Below, one piece after another: positions 13,400 to 25,107 of a DNA stretch of 64,000 nucleotides (its first letter is position 1; the number at the start of each line of letters is the position of its first letter). Below the pieces are notes generated by a model. The model did no database searches. It worked only from the letters and a program-made list of their open reading frames with translations, and was not told where the DNA came from. Position numbers and translations under genes: made by a program. The stretch is from the NCBI RefSeq assembly GCF_006345805.1, contig NC_043010.1, positions 40,052,001 to 40,116,000 on the forward strand, given 5' to 3'. This DNA is from Octopus sinensis. Taxonomy: Eukaryota.

Positions 13400-13830
13400 A
13401 TGTATGTATGATGTATGTATGTATGTATGTATGTATGTATGTATGTATGTATGTATGTATGTATGTATGCATGTTCATGTATGTACGTATGTATGTATGT
13501 ATGTATGCATTATGTATATGTATGTGTATGCTCATGTATGTATGTATGTATGCATTATGTATATCTATGTGTATGCACATATATATGTGTGTGTGTATGT
13601 ATGTGTATTCTCATATATGTGTGTGTATGTGTATGCTCATATATGCATGCGTATGTGTGTGTATTCATATATGCATGCGTATGTGCGTGTATTCATATAT
13701 GCATGCGTATGTGTGTGTATGCTCATATATGTGTGCGTATGTGTGTGTATGCTCATATATGTGTGCATATGTGTGTGTATGTGTGTGTATGCTCATATAT
13801 GCATGCGTATGTGTGTGCATTCATATATGT
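13400..13830. repeat. (TATG)n microsatellite grading into a ~24-28 bp minisatellite
   Basis: Repeating gtgtgtatgctcatatatgcatgcgtat-like units. Confidence 0.9.
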
Positions 13831-15080
13831 ATAAATGTAGCTCTAATTGCGTCCGAATATTCATACCCAAACAGAAACACCTGCAAATACTTCAATATAT
13901 ACCTACAATCGTATATAGGTATATTTATGAGTTTTATTCTAAAAAAAATGTTCAGATTAAGTGAGATGTTGTCATAAATATCTTTTCCTAGATTTAAATA
14001 TAATATTCTGCATCTGCTCGGGGGCTTCGTGCTAATGTTTATATGCCTCAATCATAGAGAAAAATAACCTACATTGCAATATCTCACACACAGGTAGCAA
14101 TTTTCGTTTGCACATATTATATTTATAGTTGCCCTTTCCTTCAATTCGATATTATATATTACTAATAATGCCATATAAAACAATTTCTCATATGCTTTGT
14201 GGAAATTGCACGACAAAATATTTAGTCATATGTTTTATCAATCTTTTTTTAAAGAATTTTGTTCGCATTTGCTTCATCCTTGTCATGCTAATTTCTAAAC
14301 TTATTTACGTTCAAATCGAAATATAGTAGTATTCCCAATAATTTATATACGCGTACCAATTTTTATGAATATGTTTGATATGCAAATTCGTATATTCAGT
14401 TGTGTTACAGCGCTAAACCTAATAGTATTTAAGCAATGTGTTCGTGGATAGTTGATGGGTTTCATGTGGTACTTATCAAAGTACAACGACCCTTGAAATA
14501 TGCTATGCACCCATTATTTATTCTTTCTATCTTCAATTGCATTGTTTGCGCAGACGCATTTGTTTACGAACCATTGTAACTCTCAGTGCCGATTCTGAAT
14601 TCTATAGAAATCTTCAGGACACGTAGCCTAAAGTTTTACGTTCAATTCGTGGTCCGGGTAACGCGATCTCAGAATTGACCAATGCATTTCATCTCACATT
14701 GCCCTAATTTACTCAACTAGAAATGGGTACCAAATAGTGAAACACGTACCAGTTTGTGTGTGCCTCAGTCTTTCTCTCTTCCTCTCAATGTCTCTTTCAC
14801 CCTCTCTTGGTCACTATCAAGTTCTTTTTCTCTCGCTGACTTTCTCACTTCCTTTCTCTAGCTGTTACATTTCGGATGTTTCATTAAGTCAAGTGTGGAG
14901 TAACCATGATGTTGACTACACAAGCTCGCTATTATGTAAGAATCTAAGAACGAAACTATGGTACACTTTATGAAGCTCACCAATCACCGTTATTTGCATC
15001 TAATAAGCTCAGAGACGTAAACGCAGCATTAACATGAGCATTCTGAGTTAAAGTACAAAGAAGCAAAATAATAGCTCCAT

Positions 15081-15121
<41 letters not shown>

Positions 15122-15274
15122 GTATATACAGCAATAAGAAAATGGAAGGGATCAAGAGGTGGTATTGATTAACTTTTAGACATTATGTTAAAAAAATTAT
15201 AACAATATACATGTATAGCATAATGTGCTTTACATATACTATATATAAAAATACCAGTAATTATTAAAATATAT

Positions 15275-16088
15275 AACGTAGATCACAAAAGATATTCACA
15301 CTCACTTTCAACGTTATAGCACAATTCTGCTGTTTACAGCAGTTGTTGGAAAGAAGGTGTGTAGCGTTTGATCGTCGCATTGACCATGACAGAGAAAGTT
15401 GTCATGGTGATACCTGCTCAGAGGCCTACTCAAAGTTGCAGGAAGTGTATGACGAGGAGTGTATGAGCCGCACACAAGTGTACGAGTGGTTGAGATGTTT
15501 CAAAAATGGTAGAAAAAATGTCGATACTGACTAACGTTCTGGGAAACATTCAACCAGAACTGAGAAAAACATCGTAGATGTGCGTGCAGCTGTGATGGGA
15601 AATTGTCGAATCACCATCTGTGAGTTATTAGAGGATGTGCAGATTAGTTACAGTTCAGTTCAGTCCATTGTCACTGATGATTTGGTTATGAGACTCGTAC
15701 CTACCAAGTTTGTGCCAAAACTGCTTTCAGATGACCAACAAGATACTCGGGTTTCAGCTGCACAAGATCTTGATTGTGTCGAGAACGATGAAAACTTTTT
15801 GAAAACATTGCGTAGGCCTCTGAGCAGGTATCGCCAAGCTTTTGACAAAATTTAATGCAGATTCTCTGCTCAACTATCCCTGACAGAGTCAACGCAACGC
15901 GACGAATACAACTATACACTTTCATTCAAAGTACTGCTGTAAACAGCGGAAGTGAGCTAGAACGTTACAATTTAATGCGCATGCAGAACAGTATACAAGG
16001 TCAGTCTGTGTCAAGCGGCTTTAGTTCGCGTGCCTTAGCTTCGTTAGTATGAAACCGGTCCCTATACTTTTTGATTAGACCAACTATG
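15275..16088. mobile_element. Rearranged mariner relic: transposase N-terminal half (+) followed by an inverted copy of the 5' end (-)
   Basis: Plus strand: GDTCSEAYSKLQEVY..MSRTQVYEW..FKNGR..RITI.EL..KFVPKLL (HTH and WVP-like linker). Minus strand: EQRICIKFCQKLGDTCSEAYA plus 5' leader. Confidence 0.85.
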
Positions 16089-16393
16089 TATGACTATGTA
16101 AGTCTCTATGTGTGTGTACACACAAACACACACATACATGCACACACATATGCACATATACACATTTATATATATATATATATGTGTGTATGTGTGAGTG
16201 TGATTGTGTGTGTGTTTATGTAAATGGTTCAAGCTGCTCCAGGAACTGAATTCCATTTTACTATTTCTGAATATGATACGAATAAAAACATACTAACATT
16301 CAAGTGGCCTAAACCTTAATACATTTTACGCTGAATTGGAACGATACATACGAATTACACGCGAAACAAGGAAATATATGCATTATATGCATT

Positions 16394-16558
16394 AGGCGCA
16401 GGAGTGGCTGTGTGGTAAGTAGGTTGCTTACCAACCACATGGTTCCCAGTTCATTCCCATTGCGTTGCACCTTGGGCAAGTGTCTTCTGCTATGTCCTCA
16501 GGCTGATCAAAGCCTTGTGAGTGGATTTGGTAGCTGAAAGATGCCCGTCGAGTATACG

Positions 16559-16601
<43 letters not shown>

Positions 16602-16832
16602 GTGTATGTGTGTGTTTATAGGTTTATGTGTCTTTGCCCCCCCCCCGCACAGCGCTTGACAACCGATTCTGGTGTGTTTACGCCCCCGTAATTTAGCGGT
16701 TCGGCAAAAAGAGCCCGAGATAATAAGTACTAGGCTTACAAAGAATAAGTCCAGGGTTCGATTTGCTCGACTAAAATCGGTGCTCCAGCATGGCCGCAAT
16801 CAAATGACTGAAAAAGTAAAAGAAAAAAAGAG
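16394..16832 (+). mobile_element. SINE family A, full length
   Basis: aggcgcaggagtggctgtgtggtaag head, internal microsatellite and family tail. Confidence 0.9.
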
Positions 16833-16909
16833 AGTATATGTAATATATTTGTACATATATATGTACATATATATGTATATTTGTACATATATATATATAT
16901 ATATATATA

Positions 16910-17120
16910 ACGGGAAGCTTTATGAAAATAAACAAAAGACGAAGGCAGGTGGAAAACAAACGAACAATTGTATTAGTATGGCGCTCAGGAAATATAATAT
17001 AAAACAAGTCTTTAACGTTTCGAGCCTACGCTCTTCAACAGAAATACACAGAGAGAGAAAAACACAGAAAGAAGGAGAGAAAAAAAAAATGCGTGCAGTA
17101 GCTAACGAATCAACATGGCG
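16910..17120 (-). mobile_element. Family C short element
   Basis: Minus strand ctgttgaagagcgtaggctcgaaacgttaaagac and the downstream body shared with 11890-12036. Confidence 0.65.
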
Positions 17121-17523
17121 ATCTAACAGAACAAGTAACGAAATACGTAAGGAGAATCTAAACTGGATATTAATTACAGCAGGAAAATTATATCTGCATG
17201 GAAAAACACTTGTAGACTTAGATGCTTTATTCTCATTTCTTATAGAGATATTTAATGCAAGAACGACACGGATATTAAATACATATTTGCAGCATTAGGA
17301 ATACAAAGACACACTCACTCACATACATGCACACAGGTACATATACATGCGCACAAACCCACACACAATCACGTATGTTTATGTATACGAATTGATAATC
17401 AAGTACAAACACATATGTATGCATCTATACTGAGTAAACATGTACACTCGGCATATATACATGTGTACATATACCAGACATGCACATACATAGACAAATG
17501 TCTATACATACATACATACACGA

Positions 17524-17556
<33 letters not shown>

Positions 17557-17606
17557 TACATATGCATATATATTCATATATATGTATCTACATACAAAAA
17601 TATATG

Positions 17607-17639
<33 letters not shown>

Positions 17640-18211
17640 GCATATATATATATACGTATATATATACATATATATGTATATATATTCTTATATATTTATA
17701 TACATACATATATATATATGTATATATGTATATAAGCAAATATTTCATCCACTTATCTATCTATGCATATCTATGTACACATATATGGATACACAGTATA
17801 CATGTTAATATCATGTACATAAACGAACATGTATATATATATGTATATATACCAATATGAGAACATAATTGATGTGAGGATAGGAGATATTTATCCGAAT
17901 GCAAATACTAATTCAATGTGGGTAAGTAATTTCGAAAAATAAGAGGCAATCTAAAATCTGAAATATACCTGTATTTCAATTTATTTAAACAAGATATATG
18001 TAGAAATTGAATTATTATCTTTGTTACGTAATTATTTGTTTTCGGATGATGACAATAACAATAACGACAACAGCAATAATAATAATATACGATGATGATG
18101 CTGACATAATTATTACAACAGAGTTCTTGTAATATAATAACGTAAATATTAATAGAGATAACCATAGAAAACCAAGGAAAGTAAATATATATTAATATTA
18201 GAAGAGACAAA

Positions 18212-18850
18212 GACGGGGAGCTGGCAGAATCGTCCGGATGCCGCCGAAATTCTTCGCATCAGCTTGTCTGTCTACATGTTCTGAGTTCAAATTTCGCCAA
18301 GGTCGATTTTGCTTTTCATCATTTGGTGGTAGATAAAATACGTACGAGTTCAGTGTGTGCATTGATGTAATCAACGTCTTCCCTTCCCAGAATCTGCTAG
18401 CCTTGTGCCAAAATATGAAATCAATAGTAGATATAATGAAGCTGAGCTGATAAAATCGTCAGCGCTGCAGGAAATATGCTTCGCGGCATTTTGTCCGCCT
18501 TCAGGTTTTGAGTTCAAATTACGCTGAGGTCGAGTTTGCCTTTAATCCTTTCGGGGTTGATAAAATAAGTATCTGTTCAACACTGGGGTCAATGTTATCA
18601 ACTTATCTCTTCCCCTGAAATTTCTGACCCTGTGTCGAAGTTTGAAATCAATATTAAAATAAATAAATGGAGAAAGGTTATGGCACCGGAAGACAAGCTT
18701 AACGGCATTTTGTCCATCTTTACGTACCGAGTTCAAATACCACTGAGATCAACTTTACCTTCCATCCACTCGACGTTGATAAAATATGTACCAGTGGTCT
18801 TACCCACCTCGCTGAAATTACTGGTCTTCGGCCAAAATTTGGAAACAGAA
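18212..18850 (+). mobile_element. Three degenerate head-to-tail SINE family B monomers
   Basis: Repeated gagctg.cagaatcgtc..gagttcaaat..ttt.atc..gataaaata.gtac units. Confidence 0.65.
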
Positions 18851-19144
18851 TTAAAGGGAATTAAATGTATATATATGTACATATTCATGAAAGTCCAATC
18901 CACACACGCTCACACACACGCACATCGGTAACATTCATCAATTTCTTGAAACTGAGGTCATAACCCCGAAGTATTGAATACAAGGTACGTCTACATTAAT
19001 TCATATATTTGATTTCTTGTGATATACTTTGCATTCACTTCGCATTGGTCTGACCTTACCCACGATCTTTTATACAATACTTATATATAGACATACACAT
19101 ATGTATATATATACATGTATATATATACATGTATATATATACAA

Positions 19145-19185
<41 letters not shown>

Positions 19186-19234
19186 TACATAAAACAATAC
19201 ATACATATGTATGTTTATATATATGTTATATATA

Positions 19235-19275
<41 letters not shown>

Positions 19276-19688
19276 ATATATATATATATATATCTATTGT
19301 AGGATAAAATTTAGTGTTCACTTCCGGACTCTCCCACTCTGTAAGTATCTCAGATCAAATCGCACGTGTCTTGAATGGGCTGGAGTATTTCTATTTTGGA
19401 TTTTTTGGGGGGTACTTAGTTGTGCTCATGACTTAGTGTTTGCTTCTTCCATGGGTATGAGTAAGTATCTCATTTACTTCTTTGCCACATGTATCACTGA
19501 CGATGGGAGGGTTCTTTTTGAACTTGAATGGATTTTTTTAGAGATTTCTATCGACCTTTTTCGAATAGCGTGCGAACTGAAAAAAATATATGGTAAATGG
19601 ACATTATATCCAATTTTCAGCATATTTGGCATTAGATTTTTTTCGTTTGCCCTTATTTATAAGTTGTGTATATATATATATTATATAT

Positions 19689-19815
<127 letters not shown>

Positions 19816-19888
19816 GTATATATATATATTATATATATATATATATATATATGTATATAATATATATATATGTATATATATATGTATA

Positions 19889-19945
<57 letters not shown>

Positions 19946-19949
<4 letters not shown>

Positions 19950-20168
19950 CGAGCTGGCAGAAACGTTAGCACGCCGGGCGAAATGCGTAGCCGTATTTCG
20001 TCTGCCGTTACGTTCTGAGTTCAAATTCCGCCGAGGTCGACTTTGCCTTTCATCCTTTCGGGGTCGATAAATTAAGTACCAGTTACGCACTGGGGTCGAT
20101 ATAATCGACTTAATCTGTTGTCTGTCCTTGTTTATCCCCTCTGTGTTTACCCCTTGTGGGTAGTAAAG

Positions 20169-20172
<4 letters not shown>
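19946..20172 (+). mobile_element. SINE family B, young copy between (TA)n tracts
   Basis: Near-consensus sequence with intact A/B boxes. Confidence 0.9.
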
Positions 20173-20223
<51 letters not shown>

Positions 20224-20445
20224 GTGTGTGTGTGTGTGTGGAAAGTGAATGATTTTATCCAAACACCAGTTTGGCTTTATATCGATTAACGATATTGAAA
20301 AAATCTACATGTGTATATGTACTAATGTTTATTGTTGGTTTCTCTTCGATATCAGTACCTCACACTTCTGAAATTCCAGTTGTCGCTGTAGATCTTTCCA
20401 TCTTTTTCGACATAGGTGTAACATTTTAACAATATAAAGAAAGTA

Positions 20446-20825
20446 GAGAATACATACATAGGATAATAAATATATTTATTATCATAGTCAATTCATAATA
20501 CTTACATTACGTTTTAGTTGATTGCTCCGATCCATATATATACATTTAGAGTACATTATGAAGTTGAAAAAAAGCAAAACAGCTCCTGAGGGCGAATTGA
20601 CTTATATAAAGTCAATTTCTTCTTCTGAGGCACTTTGGATTTTTTTTTTTGCCTCAGGGAAATTGACTTATACTTGTCAATTTGCCCTAAAGAGGTTTTT
20701 GCTTTTTTTCAACTTCATAATGCACTTTAAATGTGTAAATATGAATCAGGACAATCAACCGGAACGCCCAGGAATGAATATGAGTTGGCTATGATAATAA
20801 ATAAATGGTTATCCTACGTATTCTC
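20446..20825. mobile_element. Palindromic (foldback) MITE-like element, ~380 bp
   Basis: Arms pair from gagaatac/gtattctc inward through cattatgaagttgaaaaaaagcaaaa/ttttgctttttttcaacttcataatg to ctgaggca/tgcctcag. Confidence 0.75.
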
Positions 20826-20881
20826 CATTCTCTTTATATACATATATATAGATACACACACACAAACACACACACACACAT

Positions 20882-20959
<78 letters not shown>

Positions 20960-21104
20960 ATGGAAAGAAGGAGTGTATTTCCACGCAGGAAAAATATAGA
21001 ATTTGTTTTTGAAAATGGACCAGAATTTGCCAAAGTTGGAATTGTTTTTAAATGTAACTTATATATAGATACATACATACATTTATATGTATATAAATAT
21101 ACAC

Positions 21105-21745
21105 ACCTCGTTCTGGCCGTCCAGCTGAGTTCGATGTAGGGCGATTAAACTAACTGTTGCAAGAAAATTCTCGTCAAACGACAAGAAAACTGGCAGAGAA
21201 AATGGAATGTCCACACACTGCTATAGAGAAGCATCTTCACTTGATGGGAAAGTTTCAGAAGAATGGAGAATGAGTTCTGCATGCTTTAAGTGACAGAAAC
21301 AAAAATCAACGGGCCCTAATCTTCGCTGGTTTGCTTGCTCGTCACCACTCAACTCCTGGACACAAGCAACGATTTCTTTTCGGAATCGTTATTTGCGACG
21401 AAAAACAGTGCCTGTACATTAATATGAAGCAGCGTAAGCAATGGCTTAGCCCCGGTAAACAAGTGACACAGCGTGTGAAATAAGATCTTCATCCGCGTAA
21501 AACGATGTTGTGCGTATGGTGGGACTGGGAAGGGATTATCCATTACGAATTGCTTGAAGGGAACCAAACGGTCTACGCGGAACTATATGTTGAACAGATG
21601 GAACGATTCAACATGGCTGCCCTCATATCGCCAATATGACCAAGGAAGCCAATCAAACGCATGGCTGGGAAGTGCTATCATACTCGCCGTACTCATCTGT
21701 TTTGGCACCAACGGATTTCCACTTCTTTCGATCTCTTTCAGGTGC
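21105..21745 (+). mobile_element. Mariner transposase pseudogene fragment
   Basis: Translation includes IVICDEK.., KTMLCVWWDWEGIIHYELL and GWEVLSYSPYSSVLAPTDFHFFRSL (YSPDLAPxD motif), with stops and deletions. Confidence 0.85.
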
Positions 21746-21755
21746 TATATATATG

Positions 21756-21787
<32 letters not shown>

Positions 21788-21906
21788 GTTATCAGTAATA
21801 ATATAGGGTGAGGCAAATCGTTGCTAAACCCTTAATTACTTAGTATATATATATATATATACATATAGTATAATATATATATATATATAATATATATAAT
21901 ATATAA

Positions 21907-24900
21907 TGATTGATTGATTGATTGATTCTAGTTTCAGCTTATGAGCTGTGGCCATGCTGGGGCACTGCCATTTGTGTTGCTACTTGTTTCACTCATGGAG
22001 GTTTTCTAGCAACTGCTATTTGGTGGCATGAGAGAGTTCGATGCATCTGGCCCTCATCTGCCCCTCCTGCCGTGAAGTTGGTTCCGCTGGGACACCTGAC
22101 AGGAAGAGATCCAGCTTCATTTTAAAGACATCTGTATCCACCCCATGCAGGTCTTCTCAGGTTCTTCGGGAGGATATTGAAGAGCTGTGGGCCTCGGAAG
22201 ACCAGGCTATCACCAATCTTGTCCTACATCTTGATGGCAGTTTGGAGTCCTAGGCACCACGCAGTGGCGCCCAGTTCTGGCATTTGCGTAACTCTTCGAT
22301 GCCAAAGTTCAGGACACTTCCCTCCAGGATCTTCCAGATGTATATTATGGCAATCTTTCCCGCCTACGCTCCAGGGAATATAATTTTGATCTCTTGAGTC
22401 TTTCCCAGTAGCTTACATTCTGCATAGAGGCTATCTTCTTTGTGTAGCTTCGTTGGGTCGCCTCAAGTTCTGTGATCAACTTGACACTGGATGGTGACCA
22501 TAGCTGAGAGCAATAGTCAAAGTGGCTTAGGACAATGGTCTTCCAGAGGACCATCATAGTTTCTTGTTGTTCTCTTGTTCAAAGGTTCTAAGAATCCAGC
22601 CAGCCAGCCGTCTACATTTCAGTGTCAGTTTAGCAACATGTACATGAAAGGTCGCGTCATCACTCATGTGAATACCCAGGTCACGCACTGATTGTGCCTC
22701 TGGGATTGCAATCCCTCCGGGTCCAGTGTATTCATTGGGTATTGGCATTCAGTTTTGCATGCTGATAGTATAAAGCTTGAAACTTTCCAGCATTGAACTG
22801 CATGCTATTCTTTTCAGCCCACTTGTAATTTCGTCCAGCTCACATTGCAGGTGTTTAGTGTCCTCAGGGTTCTGTATTGCCTGTGAAACTTTTGTATCAT
22901 CTGCATAACTTGTGATCGTGGCTCTCTGCGTGGCTGAGGGCATGTCTGAGAGGGCCATTATGAACATTAGTGGTCCCAGAACAGTGCCTGCGGAACACCG
23001 CTCACTATTTGTGTGTTAATGGAGGTGGCCCCATTGGCTACTACCACCTGACTTCTATCCTTCAGAAAGTCATGAAGCCATTCTCCCGTTTTCCAACTAT
23101 GTTGAGATCACGCAGTTTGGTGACATATCATTCCATGATCGACTTTATCAAAGGCCTTGCAAAGTCGAGATATATCACTTCCACATTTGAGTGGTTGAGC
23201 AGCCGTTTCATCAGCACCCAGTCATAGTGTTGTAGGAGCTGAGTTAAACAGCTTCTCCCTGGTCGGAAACCATGTTGGGTGTCGGGCAGCAAGTCATTCT
23301 CTTCAAGGAAGGGATCAGCTTCCTTCTGACTATTCGTTCCATGACCTTGCTGATGTGTGAGGTCAGAGAGATAGGTCTATAGTTCTTGGCTTCCGCTCTG
23401 CTACCTCCTTTATGAATGGGGCATATTTTACCTTCCTTCAGTTTTCCTGGAAGTTTGCCACTGCAAGGAAGCTCTGAAAGAGGAACTGCAGTGGTCTTGC
23501 TAGGACTCTCTTACATGCTTTTAGGAGGATTGCCGGGAATCCATCGGGGCCAGTAGCTGAGTCTGTTTTCATTTCATCTATAGCCTTGGTTACAACATCT
23601 TCTTCCTTTATATCGATGTAATCTATCGTCGCCGTCTCTGATTTTATATCTGCAGTGTTAAAAAAGTCATTTGGATTGGTGATTTGGAGATGCCCAAGGG
23701 GTGGAGTGAAAACACTCTTGAATTGCTCATTCAGTATTTCACTTACCCTCATTGGTTTTCCTGTAAGTGTGCCATCCTTTTCGAGGAGTGCCCTATTCTA
23801 CAGTGCACTGTAGCTGTTTCTTTGGCATACCTGTAGAAAGCTCGGGGGTTAGATTTTATGTTTTCTATTCCCAGGCTTCTTTGTCTGCTCTTTCTTTTTC
23901 ATGGGAGAGTTGCAGACATTTTTCGATTTCCAACAGTTTTATTTTTAGGCGGGACTCACTTTCACTGCTTTCAATCTTTTGTTTAGGCGATTTGAAATTT
24001 CGTACGCCGTCTCATTAAAATTTTCCTCTCTCTGGGTTTTGTTCTTGTGTACAGTGGCCTTTCTCCTGGGACACATTTGTAGCATATGGCTTGCATTACA
24101 GACATGAATTGTTGAAGTTTCACGTCGATGTCTGGCGAGGAGAGACATTTAGGCCAGTTTTGTTTGAGGATCTCTTTCTCAATTGTTTTCCAGTTTGCCT
24201 TATGGTAGTTCAAGCTGGAAAGATTTTGAGGGTTTCTTGTAGGCTGCATGTCCGTGCTCTCTTTTGGCCCGTACATGGTCAGCTCTATCATGTTGTGATC
24301 CGAGAGTATGGTCAGTGTCACTTTCACATTATGGATGAGATCCATGTCATTTGTGAAGCAAGAGATCCAGTGTGTTTCCTGCCCTGGTTGGTTGGAGTAT
24401 TACCTGCTCCATGTACAGGGTGTTGATGAGGTTCAGGAGGGACCTCGCCTGTCCTCGTTCACATCTTGTCATTCCTGGGAGAGAAAGGCCCTCGGGCCAT
24501 CTGACATTGGGCAGATTGAAGTCCCCATAAGAAGCACACCTATGTGTTGTTCTAATGTGGTTGAATTTCTTCTATTTTTATAAGGCAGTCTTCAAACTCT
24601 TGCCCACATGGCTTGGGGCATCTGGAGGGCGATATGTAGCACACACAACACATCAAGTTGCCTGATATGTACAATTAGTGTGTCACACACCGAGTTTGAG
24701 TATGACAAGAGGACCTGGGGTGTGAGGTCCTCACGGATGTACATAGCAACACCTCCATGACTCCTTTCTTTCCTGTCGGTCCGTAGTACAGCATACTGTG
24801 GTATGTGTAACTCCGCATCTGCTATGTCCGGTTTCAGGTGCGTTTCTGTAAGTGCTATGCATAAGGCTTGATTGCATGCAACAAAGTCTCTCAGGAACGG

Positions 24901-25023
24901 GATCTTTGTCCTGTTACTGAGTGTTTGCAGTCCTCTGATGTTCAGTAGGAGTATCGAGGTGAGGTGTACGTTTTTGCCGGCGGTGTCCATCCTGTGTCTG
25001 TTTGCTGACAATATATATGTTTG

Positions 25024-25030
<7 letters not shown>
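21907..25030 (-). mobile_element. CR1-group LINE (APE endonuclease + RT), ~3.1 kb, frameshifted, copy 1
   Basis: LLNIRGL / IALTETHL / HGGVAMY / SDHN (APE), GPDG, YADDTK (RT), DYCSQLWSP..YWERLK..LYSLERRRER; 3' (ATCA)n tail. Confidence 0.92.

Positions 25031-25102
<72 letters not shown>

Positions 25103-25107
<5 letters not shown>

Noticed and set aside
13375-13977. Long ORFs rich in YI/CV/MY/HT (also 17415-17860, 19211-19969, 46925-47457 and others)
   Set aside because: Translations of microsatellites that lack stop codons; no domain content.
19497-19580. CTGACGA followed by a long possible stem in a (TA)n-bounded insert (similar case: CTGAAGA on the minus strand near 13160)
   Set aside because: GAAA core and stems I/III are not satisfied; at best decayed remnants.
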